Shown here in pieces: positions 36,155 through 47,437 of a stretch of DNA of 64,000 nucleotides; the first letter of the stretch is position 1, and each line of letters begins with the position of its first letter. Source of the DNA: Lepidodermella squamata (Eukaryota; Animalia; Gastrotricha); NCBI GenBank assembly GCA_047495785.1, contig JBLDXI010000025.1:496001-560000 (forward strand), written 5' to 3'. The notes beneath the pieces were generated by a model. That model did not search any database and was not told where the DNA came from. It worked only from the letters and a program-made list of their open reading frames with translations. A program made the position numbers and the translations under genes.

Positions 36155-37181
36155 ACAGTTACCTTTTCCAACCTCTAACCTCATCGAACCTAAGGACAGC
36201 TTTCGTTTATAGTATAGACTATTTAAGTATTTAAAACCAATCCTTATTTCTAGCTTCAAATCTGCAAACTGAAATAATTTCTCACTTTTTCGCTGGAATG
36301 TGAACTGTGAACAAATTTAGTCGTGATATATAATTTGAACAGTTTGGAAAACTGATGATGACGAACGATGACGAGACAGCTCCTATAACGAGTTCTAACT
36401 TGAAGTTTCTAACCGCTTCAATGTTCGAACCAACAGCTTTCGGTTTTGTTTAAGATCTAGGAGGTGAATTCATTCTCAATCTGTCTGGAGCAGAAACTTA
36501 ATTAAGTTCTCAAATCAGCTAATTTTGCATTACTTCAATCTTGAATTGAGAGTAAGTTGCTCAAGAATAATTGAGCATTTCCTCGGCAAATTGGCGCTCG
36601 GTAGAAACAGGAAAATGCGAAAGTGACCTTGACGTGAACAGAAAACAGAAAAGGAGAGGAAACTATAGGCAGAAAAAAATGGGCGAAAAATTAGGTCATG
36701 AGAGCAAGAACTCTAATGACGAAACGTCTACAGCCTGTTTATAGCCAATCAATTCAAACTTCCCTGCTACACACCAAAAAAGCGCAGTTCACACTTCGAA
36801 CTTTGAAAATTGAATGTGAGTGTTTTGGAAGAGGGGAGAGGGGCTAGATGCCTGGGATATATATCGTTAGCGACGCGCCAAAACAACCACTTTACTATTT
36901 ATAGATTTTATGGGGAAAGTACGTTCGAAATGAGGAAAAAATCGGTGCTCAAAAGGCCTAACGTACTTTACCATTACGTTAGGCGACTAAAAGTACGATC
37001 GAATGAGTCATCTAAGCGGTTGTTTTGGCGCGTCGTTAACGATATCGATTTTGCTGCTTTTGCTACGGTTGAACATGTTTACACTGTGGGATGGATTATA
37101 AATTAGTTACAGATTCCCCCGAACGTTTGCCCAGCTGCACGTTTGCGAGCATTAGAAAACTCATCAACTTAAGACTAAGTA

Positions 37182-37692
37182 CAGTGACAATCAAAAGATC
37201 CGCACGGTGGAATTGAGGCGATGCTAGTTGAAATTTTTCGCACGTGCGAAATGAGACTGTTTATTTCCAGCAAAACGGACCAAAATGACGCCTTTTTACG
37301 AGCTCCAAAAATAGCTCCAAGGAAAGGGGGATAGTTCCAATAGTATGAATATATTCATGAGATGTCATGAAACTAGGACATTCTTAGTTAAGTGCCAAAA
37401 ATTGCAGAAAAATTTGAGCACTTAGAGTAAGGTTACAACAAATGAAAAATAATTTTTCCAGAATTTTTCTGACATAATTATCAACTTCGAGAGCTTCGGA
37501 ATATTAATTAGCACCTCATGAATATTCATATTTTTAAAACTATTAAAACTTCTTGGTCTGTCCGAGTTACACTTTTTATTTCTAGCTGAGTTTAACCCAA
37601 GCTTGGAGCTAAAAATAGCTCGGGCGCGTGTGAGATATTTTTTGTTTCAACTCAACAAATTCCTGACCGTGCGTAACTTTTGATTTTCACTG
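37182..37692. mobile_element. Tc1/mariner-type MITE
   Basis: TA|cagtgacaatcaaaag...cgcacggt and accgtgcg...cttttgattttcactg|TA. Confidence 0.82.
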
Positions 37693-38196
37693 TATACATA
37701 CTCTGCATCTTTATCATACCCACATGAAATGAACAGTGAGATTTGGTGAATTTCCTGAGATTTCCAGCAGAAAGAAAAACGTGCACGGGCTTGAAAACAT
37801 ATTAGGACGTATGCCTCTGCGCTCTCTATGCTTGAAAATGAACATTTTTTATTTCATGCTCTGAACCTGTTTTTTCTGCGAGAATTCGAAAATTCAAATT
37901 TCAGACCTAGCATGAGGCACTCATACAAATCCTCAGAAGCCGGGAAACTTAATACCTAGAATTTTAATCGATTCCGGATATGTAACCTGCAATTGACGCC
38001 ACTTTCAGAAGGTCAGAAGTGCTTTGAACTTGGCTTTGAACTTGGCTATCAATAGCTTTTTAAATCGAGGCAAGGTCCTAATTTCTGGGTCAACATTTTC
38101 CACGATTTACCCATCAAATTCTCTGACTCAGATTACACAGCTGTCAAATAGCAAATATCCTCTAATCAGCAAATTTCATAGGAAGATTCTCGCTCA

Positions 38197-39363
38197 ATGA
38201 AAATTATGCTGGCCGTCGACGTTCGCCTAATTTTTGTTGTAACGTATTTTACAGTGGATGTCGATGCTGTTGATGATATAGAACTGCGGGCACCGGTAAC
38301 AGCGTCGATTCTCAAAAATTGCGCTGATGTGGGACGCGAAGCATACACCCCAGCCTGTGTTCAAGGTGGGTTAGGCAGACGTGGCGAATGCCAACCTTAC
38401 ACCGTAACGGCGCAGATGTTTTACGATCGTTTCATCAGCATTAATTCAGCATCAGAAATCTTCCAGGTCGACGTTTATTTCGTCGTCAAATGGTTTGCCA
38501 ATTGCCCAGAAAATACAACCAGAATAAATACGGTTTTCTTCACGTGGGACGACGTGCTGTGGCGGCCTCAGATCAACCACAAAAATGCGGTTGAAAACAT
38601 GGGAATGCACGGCATGACCTCGAGATACATGATAGTTGCTAAGCAAACTGGCAATATCCAGTTCAATTGGGAAAGATACGGCTTTTTCTCATCGATTTGC
38701 AACATTGACATTGAGAAATTCCCGTTTGATACTCAAACTTGCTACGTCGAGTTTCAACTTCAAGAATCTGGCAATATCATGTCGTTCGACCGCAAAGACT
38801 CGAAGCTCAACATCAGCAGTAACTTTATCGGCAGTGGCGATGAGTGGATAATGGTGTCCAACGAAACCATTTACGTGACTGATAATGACTTTGATCTACC
38901 TAAGAAAAGCATCCGATTCGCGATCACATTCAAGCGAGACGCAACCTACTATGTTGATTTCTTGATGATTCCATGTGCTGCTCTTTCTTCAATGACTATT
39001 TTTGGGTTTTTAATGCCGCCGGAGACGACAGATCGGCCTGTTTTCTCCGTTACCATTGTTTTAGCCCTAATTTTCCTCCAGAGTTCCATTTTGAGTAACG
39101 TCCCGAAAAAGCCTTACTCAATCTATATCGGGCGTTATACTGAGTATCTAACAATTATGTCCTTGGTTTGCACGCTGTATTTTCTTTTCACGTGTTTTGT
39201 GGGTAATTCGTGGAGGAAATGGTGCAAGACCCTTATTAAGATCAACTGTTTACCGCTAGCTATTACTCGCTGGCGTTTGATTGAGCTATTCTTTTTGTTG
39301 GCTACTATTGTATCGTACGTTACAATCAATATGAATGCTATGGCTGTGTCGTATTCTCTGTGA
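38197..39363 (+). CDS. intronless divergent Cys-loop channel subunit (LGIC-6)
   Basis: 388 aa, Cys-loop CNIDIEKFPFDTQTC, KRDATYY, four TM helices. Confidence 0.92.
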   Translation: MKIMLAVDVRLIFVVTYFTVDVDAVDDIELRAPVTASILKNCADVGREAYTPACVQGGLGRRGECQPYTVTAQMFYDRFISINSASEIFQVDVYFVVKWFANCPENTTRINTVFFTWDDVLWRPQINHKNAVENMGMHGMTSRYMIVAKQTGNIQFNWERYGFFSSICNIDIEKFPFDTQTCYVEFQLQESGNIMSFDRKDSKLNISSNFIGSGDEWIMVSNETIYVTDNDFDLPKKSIRFAITFKRDATYYVDFLMIPCAALSSMTIFGFLMPPETTDRPVFSVTIVLALIFLQSSILSNVPKKPYSIYIGRYTEYLTIMSLVCTLYFLFTCFVGNSWRKWCKTLIKINCLPLAITRWRLIELFFLLATIVSYVTINMNAMAVSYSL

Positions 39364-40289
39364 TGGCGAGAAATCAGCGATTTCCCAAGTGTCTTGTGTC
39401 TGTTCTTGTGTTCAAGATTGATTTTCTGCCGGATCCTACTGGCTATTCATTTCTAATGCTAATATTATATCATTTGACTGACATCGCTGAGAAAACAGCG
39501 TTTAAAAACTTATGTAAAACCTTTGAAACGTAAAAAACGCCTTCCTTAAGATTTCTCAGATGATCCTTAAAAAGCCTCGATTTTCTCGCTATTATGCCCA
39601 AGATCTGAGCAGTTATATGTGATATATTCAATTAAAGCGTGAGTATATTAAATAGAAGTAAGTAAATAGCCTTGGATTTACTCGGTTCGAGTGTCGCGAC
39701 GGGTACAAAGAGAGAACGACGTTATGACTTCGCTTTCTACGCATGGCTGAAGGGTAACGCGGGATGGGCGACAGAAAGACCTGCCTAAAATAGAAACAAG
39801 TGGCGCAATGCTTTTGATGAGTATAAAACTGACGTTCTGACTTGTGACTTGGCGGAGATGTAAAAATAGTTTACGCCATTTTTTCTGTTTTAGGCAGGTT
39901 TTCTGTCGTCCACCCCGTAGGACAAAGGAAAAAAAGGTGAGGGGTAAGGTTACCTGAATATGCTGATCAAGACGTCACTATTTTAAAAAATCAGACGTTA
40001 AATGCGCATCGACAGGAAATGGCTGAAAGTAATCCAATATAATAGCCAAACTCGATCGAGTTGAAAAGGCTTAAATGCAAGCAAAACGTATAGCGAGGCT
40101 ATTTTGAGAAGAGCATTATTACGCGAATGCCCTGTATGTCTTTACCGTGAAATCAAAAGTTCTCGAGGTCTAAAGAATCGCTCCACCTCCCATCCTGTAT
40201 CAAAGCTCAAATTATCAAAGCGGAAGTACAGGACTAAAACACAACATATAAAGGCAGAATGCAGCGCCAGGTTTCTAAATCAGTCAAAT

Positions 40290-42644
40290 ATGGTTGTCTT
40301 GCAGAAAGAGTTGCCAATTTTGTTTCTGATCTGGGGCATGTCGTCGACCTTCAGCAAAAACGTGAATCCTCAACGCTTGACTGTTCTCGTAATTCACCCT
40401 TTCGACGACAATTCCCCGCGCCGAGGCCGTTTTTGCAAGCCTGTCATGCAGTTGGTCGTCGATGCGTTCAATAACAATCCGAAATACCTGCCTAATTACC
40501 AAATTGAGCTCGACTACGGCGACGAGAGGGCCAACGGCGTTAACGGCCCGTCACAGTTCATTTCCTCACTTCGAAAGTACGAAAGATCGGGCGAGAACGT
40601 AGCGCCAGTTATGGCTGGTCCTTTCTTCGGAGGGGGTTGCATTAAATTGTCGCCAATTATTGCCCAACACAACATGGTCCACATCCCCCACGCCTGCAAT
40701 GACCCGGCAATAACAGCAAATCGACGCAGGTTTCCGAATATTTTCAGAATCCAGAGTCCAACTGATATGGCCTCTATCGCGAGGGTAAAATTTATCAAAG
40801 AAATCGCTGCGTGGAGCAACGTGGCGATCATCGGATCAACAATTACGCCAGCCGACTACAGTAATTCGCTTGATTTTTACAAAATAGCCAGTGCGAATGG
40901 CATTAATATCCGATGGTTCGACGTTGGCCCTGATATCATTGATGAAAGTATGGCCAAATCTTTGATGAAAAGCGACGCGAGGATTATAGTCATCGGCTCT
41001 GGAGGACCTCTGGGTGCTCAAAATTTCCTGTGCACCGCGTTCCAGTTCGGAATAAAAGGCGATAAGTACATATTCATCCTTCTGGCATCGACCATTGCGT
41101 CAATCATTCCGGCCCAACTTCCTGCGGGCTGCTCAACTGAAGATGTATTCCAGCAGTACTACAGGTCTATCTGGATTGGTTACTTGACTGAAGCGGTGAT
41201 GAATACCGGGGCAGTTACAGCGTTAGATTGGGACGTGGCGCGATTTGAAACGCTGATTGATTCAGTAACTAACAATTCCCGTCTTCCGGATTACGAGAAT
41301 CGGCACAGATACGTCGATGAAATGCTTCAAACGCTTTTAACTCTGCACGAGAGTGAACTGCGGCTGAATGAGATGAATCTAACTCTTCTCCACTTTAAAG
41401 CACAACCAGCCGAGTTTTCGAAAATGATCAAAGCAGTCGCGGCAAATATCAGTTACAATGGCCTCAGAATAGGCCCTATGCGGTACTCCAAGAGGCTGGA
41501 ACTCGACCTAGAGCCTCAGTGGATCCTGCAATACAATGGACCTGATGCGGCATACTCATTTGTCGGTAAAATCTGGTACAACGGCTCGGGGGATCTTTTC
41601 AATATTTCAAGTCACAGCGCATCGATTTTGATGCCTATCAGGTGGATGACTAAGAGCAAAAAGCAGCCTATCGATTTTCCAGCTACTCAGGACGAAATTT
41701 CGTCTTTTGCCACGCCAATTCGCTGGATTGTTGCGGTATTTGTCGCAGTGCTTTCGATTTTTCAATTCATCCTTTTCGTTGCAAGTTTCCGGATGCGAAA
41801 CATTGACAATCGTAGTATACATCTGAAAAGAAACGGAAGCAAGCTAGCGATTGTTTTCGGGTGCATCTGCCTCAATCTATCAGCGCTTCTCTGCAGTATT
41901 GATGGAGATTTGCTATCTGATATTTTGTGCTACTTGCAACGTTTTCTTTGCATCGTAGGAGTCGCATTCTTAAGCAGCTCTTTCTTCTCGACTTCCGGGC
42001 ACTTCGATGTTATATCAAGACAAATCTCAACAATCAAGATCAATAGGCAAAGCTCAGCGAAGCGGAGTTTTTATGGTGAATCTTCGAACGTATCCCCTGG
42101 AATCCTTGCTGGAATAACGGAGGAAGAAATTACCGATCAACGAAAGGAGCTTCGCAAGGTAGTAATATTTGTGCCGTTTCATTTGGTTCTAATTAGCTGC
42201 ATGTTCGTAATCGAACCATACGTTGTAACCACGGAGGAGCTTAAATTGTCACCGGCAATCGATATTTATGGCCATGATTTCTACGTAAGACAATGGATAC
42301 GTTTCTGCTTCGCTAGGTCTGAAACATACTGGATCAAAGTGGTTATTGTAGCTGACCTCTTGGTCCTCATATCAGCCTCATTAAGCTTTTATCAAACCAA
42401 CAGATTAAGCAAGCAATTCCAAGCCTATCTTTTACTTCAATCGTTCAGGAATGAGATTCTACTTACCGGTACAGCGACTTGCAATGCGACTTTCTTACTT
42501 GCGGCAGGCTTGGCGTTATCGGTTATAGTCCCTTCGCCACAATTGATGATTGTCACCATAGCAACTGAACTGCTGATCTCGGCATCCACGACCATCATCG
42601 TATTCTGGCCACAACTGACCTGTATAATGATAAAGCAACGCTAA
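40290..42644 (+). CDS. intronless class C GPCR, GABA-B-receptor-like architecture
   Basis: Signal peptide, Venus flytrap motifs (NPKYLPNY, RFPNIFRI, WSNVAII, DARIIV, FLCTAF..G..YIFI), no cysteine-rich domain, seven hydrophobic helices ending in FWP; ATG at 40290. Confidence 0.85.
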   Translation: MVVLQKELPILFLIWGMSSTFSKNVNPQRLTVLVIHPFDDNSPRRGRFCKPVMQLVVDAFNNNPKYLPNYQIELDYGDERANGVNGPSQFISSLRKYERSGENVAPVMAGPFFGGGCIKLSPIIAQHNMVHIPHACNDPAITANRRRFPNIFRIQSPTDMASIARVKFIKEIAAWSNVAIIGSTITPADYSNSLDFYKIASANGINIRWFDVGPDIIDESMAKSLMKSDARIIVIGSGGPLGAQNFLCTAFQFGIKGDKYIFILLASTIASIIPAQLPAGCSTEDVFQQYYRSIWIGYLTEAVMNTGAVTALDWDVARFETLIDSVTNNSRLPDYENRHRYVDEMLQTLLTLHESELRLNEMNLTLLHFKAQPAEFSKMIKAVAANISYNGLRIGPMRYSKRLELDLEPQWILQYNGPDAAYSFVGKIWYNGSGDLFNISSHSASILMPIRWMTKSKKQPIDFPATQDEISSFATPIRWIVAVFVAVLSIFQFILFVASFRMRNIDNRSIHLKRNGSKLAIVFGCICLNLSALLCSIDGDLLSDILCYLQRFLCIVGVAFLSSSFFSTSGHFDVISRQISTIKINRQSSAKRSFYGESSNVSPGILAGITEEEITDQRKELRKVVIFVPFHLVLISCMFVIEPYVVTTEELKLSPAIDIYGHDFYVRQWIRFCFARSETYWIKVVIVADLLVLISASLSFYQTNRLSKQFQAYLLLQSFRNEILLTGTATCNATFLLAAGLALSVIVPSPQLMIVTIATELLISASTTIIVFWPQLTCIMIKQR

Positions 42645-42962
42645 ATCTGCGAAACGATTTTGAAGCACGGACCATATTTGTTGCCTCATTTTTCTGGCAG
42701 GAACCATTAGCGTGCCGTCAAACCAGAAGTTCAATGTGGAAACCATAGAAGCTCGGCCATACCCGATCCGAAATCGTTTTTTGACATTATAGCGCAGCCA
42801 CGTTTTACCGTAGACGAGAAAATCGCACAATAGAGCAAACGAATTACCCGCCCAAGAGGACTCATTTTTCGGGCTAATATTTTTTATTTCCAAAATGAAA
42901 AATATTCGCCGAAAAATCCCTTCGTGTTCAATTATTCAAATTACGGGCTCTATTGAGAGATT

Positions 42963-43558
42963 GGGGGTTATTTTCGAAGCTGTCTTTATCGATAAAGTCA
43001 ACTTTATCCCATAAAGTCGGCTTTATCTGCAGACGATAAAGCCGACATTATTGTTAGAGTCAACTTTATGGTGTAGCATTTTCGAAGCCGTCTTTTGCTA
43101 AAGTCTACTTTATTGCGTAAAGTCAGCTTTGCCATGATATATCGTAGAAATTATTGAATGGCGGTATCATAAATCGCTCATCATTAGCCATGACCTACTT
43201 TTTGTCAGTCTTTTGTTGTGATAAATCATAAAAAAACGACGTCGAACAAGAGCTTTTAGGGTCAAATCATTCGTCTGGGGACAAAAATATGCCGATAAAG
43301 CCGACTTTAAGGCGATAAAGACGAGGATGGTCGTCTTTATCGGCTCTAGTACATTTGTATATGCAGGATAAATACGACTTTTTATAAATAAAGTCGGCTT
43401 TATCTTCGAAAATCACGTTGTGGACAAAGCTACCTCTATGTCTATCACATAAACTAGCTGAGATCAGCTAACTTTAGCTAAAGTCGACTTTAGGAGATAA
43501 AGCCGACTTTATCGATAGAGTCGACTTTATCATAAAGACGGCTTCGAAAATAACCCCC
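42963..43558. mobile_element. PIF/Harbinger-like MITE
   Basis: TIR gggggttattttcgaagc / gcttcgaaaataaccccc; 3-bp flanks att/att; many internal ataaag(t/c)cg(a/g)ctttat palindromic repeats. Confidence 0.8.
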
Positions 43559-43733
43559 ATTTTCTCAGCATCGTTGACCAGAAAAAAGGACTTTTCGACA
43601 GACCCAGGATTTGGATCCAAATATCGGATCTCGCAGCCTAATTTTGACAGTTAAGTGTTAAGAAATTCGCGGCTCGGATCCATCGCAGACGATCAGAAAG
43701 AAATTTGAATCCTCTGGCAACAGCTGTTCTTCG

Positions 43734-43879
43734 CAGTGGGCGAAGTAGGATCCGGGAGCTGATGTGTTTTCTAGGACCCAGCCAATGAAACCAAAGGGTT
43801 CCCCTGCGATTGTTTCAGCCATCCTCTGGTTGGAGTCACGGAGCTGGGGTGTTGCGACACCCCTATAATTCGCACCCTG
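43734..43879. mobile_element. hAT-type MITE (family A)
   Basis: cagtgggcgaagtagg ... ttcgcaccctg with 8-bp TSD gttcttcg. Confidence 0.87.
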
Positions 43880-44322
43880 GTTCTTCGATTCGAACGGAAA
43901 TCGCATGTAGCATTTTCACCACCAGTTTTTCTGCTCGGATCCGATTCTAACGAGAAACCACTGGTAGATAATGAAGTATTGCGAGGCAATAATTATTGTT
44001 GTTTTTTATTGTTTACTGCTCACTTTGCATATAGCACTATTAACACTAATTCGTTCTTTCAATCGTACATATAAACAATTAGGCGCTTTGGCACACGCAA
44101 TAAAAACTTCAGTATCTAAATGATTAGAATACTACAAGTTCAAAACCTGAGGAGATATTTAGATTTACGCCTGGTTTAGTAAGAGAACTGCTTATTTTCG
44201 GAGCCGTTACGTACTAAAATCATAGTTACGGAGTAGCCATTTTTCAAATATTGAACCAGCTGCTTCGGAGCGTCAGCATTAACCAATGTCGCAACTCAAT
44301 TAGTCTGTCGCATAGTCTGAAA

Positions 44323-45459
44323 ATGCTGGTAGCAATTATCACTGGTAATTTGATTCTCGCGATTCTGAGTTATGCTCAAGAGTCGTCCTACATTTCTGCG
44401 CTGCTACAACCAAGAACAGTTCAATTGCTGCAAGAGTGCCCAGAACTAGCCATAGAATCCTATTCGCCCAACTGCCCACTCGGCCAATTCCAGAAGCCAT
44501 GCTTGAAAACATACTTGCATGCCTGGATCTACTTCCAACGCTTTGTCGGCATCGACACAGCGGACGAGACACTTTCAATCGCGGGAAATATCGAAATCAG
44601 GTGGTCACACGACTGCGCCAACTCAACTGTCGATGGCAAGATGAGTTTCTTCGCTTGGCACGATATGTTTTGGAAACCGCAGCTGCAACAACGCAACGCC
44701 GTGGATGATATAAGCCTGTCAAGTTTTACGACTCGATTTTTTGTCCTAGCTGCTGGGCGGACGGTTACTTTCAACTGGCGACGAAGCGGCGTATTCAAAA
44801 CAGCCTGCTCTCTTGATGTCACGAATTTTCCGTTCGATACTCAGAACTGCTCGATCGAATTCGACCTTCAAGAATTGGATTATGCAGCTATTATCTATGT
44901 GGCTAACAAGACGTTTTCCAACACGTTTCTGAGCCCTGGTGATGAGTGGAGCCTGGTTTCGGTATCGTCAGGAGTTTTCTACGACAAGGACTTTTCACGG
45001 GACTATTGCGTGTATTCGCTGACATTCCGGCGAGATTCTAGCTATTATGTCTTCAACCTGATGTTACCTTGTGCTGCTCTGGCGACTTTGCAAATTTTCG
45101 CTTTCTTGATCCCTCCAGATTTAGTTGATCGGCCAACCTTTGCTATGGCGATCCTTCTGGCTATGACGTTTTTCCACGATGATATTTTACGAAACATTCC
45201 AACTAAGCCATATCGCGTATTCATGAGCAATTACGCTGATGTTCTAACTGGTCTATGCTGGGCGTGCACAGTGTATTTTTTAGTGATTTCACATCTTGCG
45301 CTGTCCCAAAAATGGCGGAAGTGGTGCCTTGGCAGGTTGAAACTGTGCGGCGTGGTGACAATTACGAGAGTTGGTCTTATTGATTTATTCGCTTCAACTT
45401 GTGTTTTGGTGGCTTTTGCTTGTTTACTCAGCTACACTTCCTACGTTGGGAATAGTTAG
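44323..45459 (+). CDS. intronless divergent Cys-loop channel subunit (LGIC-7)
   Basis: ATG at 44323 (MLVAIITGNLILAILSYA), 378 aa, Cys-loop CSLDVTNFPFDTQNC, four TM helices. Confidence 0.92.
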   Translation: MLVAIITGNLILAILSYAQESSYISALLQPRTVQLLQECPELAIESYSPNCPLGQFQKPCLKTYLHAWIYFQRFVGIDTADETLSIAGNIEIRWSHDCANSTVDGKMSFFAWHDMFWKPQLQQRNAVDDISLSSFTTRFFVLAAGRTVTFNWRRSGVFKTACSLDVTNFPFDTQNCSIEFDLQELDYAAIIYVANKTFSNTFLSPGDEWSLVSVSSGVFYDKDFSRDYCVYSLTFRRDSSYYVFNLMLPCAALATLQIFAFLIPPDLVDRPTFAMAILLAMTFFHDDILRNIPTKPYRVFMSNYADVLTGLCWACTVYFLVISHLALSQKWRKWCLGRLKLCGVVTITRVGLIDLFASTCVLVAFACLLSYTSYVGNS

Positions 45460-45512
45460 TAAATCTACGCATGGAAATTAAATGAATACTAACACTAAGC
45501 ATAGGGCTAATA

Positions 45513-45931
45513 AGCACACCCTTAGGGATAATTTTCTCAAATTCGCCAATAATTGGTGATTTCGGGCTAAATTGCTATTCTTCTGCCGCGGTTGGCTCTT
45601 TCGAAAATGTTTTGAATTTTCTTTTAAATTAGTTTATCCCTGGTGAGAATTTTCTCTATCCGACGATATAAAATTTGTCGAGTGCATAATTTATTCTATT
45701 ATTCTAGAAATATTCTAGCAAATAGTAGCTTTTAGAGCTGAGAAGAATCGAAGTCAAAATAAATTATTCACCTGACAAATTTTATATCGCCGCGGATAGA
45801 GAAAATTCTCAACATGGATAAACTAATTTAAAAAAAAATTCGAAAGAGCCAACCTCGGCAGAAGAATAGCAATTTAGCCCGAAATAACCAATTATTGGCG
45901 AATTTTAGAAAATTATCCCCAAGGGTGTGCT
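45513..45931. mobile_element. fold-back MITE with long imperfect inverted arms
   Basis: agcacaccctt.gggataattttct... is mirrored by ...agaaaattatcccc.aagggtgtgct over about 180 bp. Confidence 0.8.
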
Positions 45932-45952
45932 AGGTGTGCCTCGTGTCATTTA

Positions 45953-46512
45953 CCGTATTTGCCTGAAAATAAGCCCGGCTTATATTCGAGTACTATTTCA
46001 AAATTAAGGCGTTTTCAGCAAAATAAATTGAGAAGCCCGGGCTTCTAATATGGCCCCGGGCTTATAGCTAAGTACTTTGCATTTTTTGGCAGTAATAAGT
46101 CGGAAAATGAACTTAATTCAATTCAAAAATCTTTATTTGTCATTTAAACCCAGCCCGTCGCTAGCAGGATATAATCACATTGGAAAACATCAAATGATAT
46201 CAGGTGGCATGTAAAACGGTGTGTAAAACGGTAACACATCCACCTGAGTCTTCGAACTTGTGAGAGCATGAGGCTCGGTAAGAAGAGAGGGAGCGGCGTG
46301 CTTGATGTGAAAATCGTCCCATTATAATACATTTAAATGAATTTCTGTGAAATTTATTGAAAATAAGTTCAAAATGATAATATTTATTGCATTAATTTGA
46401 ATATATCGCCTCAGATTTTGATTTCGATTTTGGTACCGAAATTAAGGCCCACCCCGATATAGAAGCCCATGGGCTTGTGTTTGAGACCGGGCTTATTTTC
46501 AGGCAAATACGG
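45953..46512. mobile_element. pogo/Tigger-like MITE
   Basis: TA|ccgtatttgcctgaaaataagcccgg ... ccgggcttattttcaggcaaatacgg|TA. Confidence 0.87.
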
Positions 46513-46878
46513 TATGAGCAGAATTTATGGGCGGAAATTCGAAAAATTAGGAAGAGGTGCCGGTAGCTGTTTTTATTTTTGAAATTAATTAAAATTATAA
46601 TGGGCGGCATATAGGCGGCATACCTAATACCCAGCAAGTTGAGTGGCATAAAAATAACACGGGAGCCGCCCGTTTTGCACTAACAGGTCGAATAAATTCA
46701 CTAAGGGAGGATCGTTAGTTTCCAACAAGTGTGCGAAGTAGGATCCGGGAGCTGAGGTGTTTTCTACTTGTAAAACATATATTCTACCAAGTAGCAACAT
46801 TCAACCAACATACCTGTTCAATGCTAAGTTTTTGACAATCATCTTTGGTAGCCAGGTTCTCCAGGATCGACTTGGGTT

Positions 46879-47400
46879 TCAGGTCGAGCCTAACGAACGC
46901 TTCGATAGCGCTGTTATTGTTGTCGAATCGATCTTGTTGTATTTTTTGCCATTCTCCGCGGCGGCGATTTCAGCAGCGGCAGCCTCGGCAGTGTGATCAT
47001 TATGCTCAATCTGGTTCGAATACAGATTATTCACATCGACTTTCCGTGCCGCTTTGCAGACAGCAAATCCCGATGATCGACCGCGACAGTGTTTGCATTC
47101 CAAGGTGAATGATTTTCCATCTTCTGACTTGGCCTTGCGAATGAGGTAGCTATCCTGCGACTTGGCCCACTTTTCAGCCTCTTCTAAACTGGCAAAAGGT
47201 GTATCGAACGTTTTGATAATTTTGTAGGCTGCCCCTTGACCGCGTCGTTTAACAGGCTTTGGTGTAACTTCTGACTCTTGAGATTCTTCTGATGTAGCTG
47301 GCTGAATGTTGTCTGATAAAAGAGGCGAAGAAGAGACCGAAGCAGGCGACGCCGGAGAAATGGCCGGCGAGGCTTTTGATTGTAATCGCTTTCTCCCCAT
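46879..47400 (-). CDS. ORF with C..C..HxxH motif, probably a transposase N-terminal zinc-finger fragment
   Basis: FTLECKHCR...CKAARKV...EHNDH resembles WRKY/FLYWCH-type domains of MULE transposases; lies inside nested repeats. Confidence 0.45.
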   Translation of the reverse strand: MGRKRLQSKASPAISPASPASVSSSPLLSDNIQPATSEESQESEVTPKPVKRRGQGAAYKIIKTFDTPFASLEEAEKWAKSQDSYLIRKAKSEDGKSFTLECKHCRGRSSGFAVCKAARKVDVNNLYSNQIEHNDHTAEAAAAEIAAAENGKKYNKIDSTTITALSKRSLGST

Positions 47401-47437
47401 TAAGTAACAAGTTAATTCGTAAGTAAGTTAGGTATTT

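Noticed and set aside
42980-43545. Spaced palindromic repeats resembling a CRISPR array
   Set aside because: Irregular spacing, degenerate units, enclosed by TIRs and a TSD in a eukaryotic genome.
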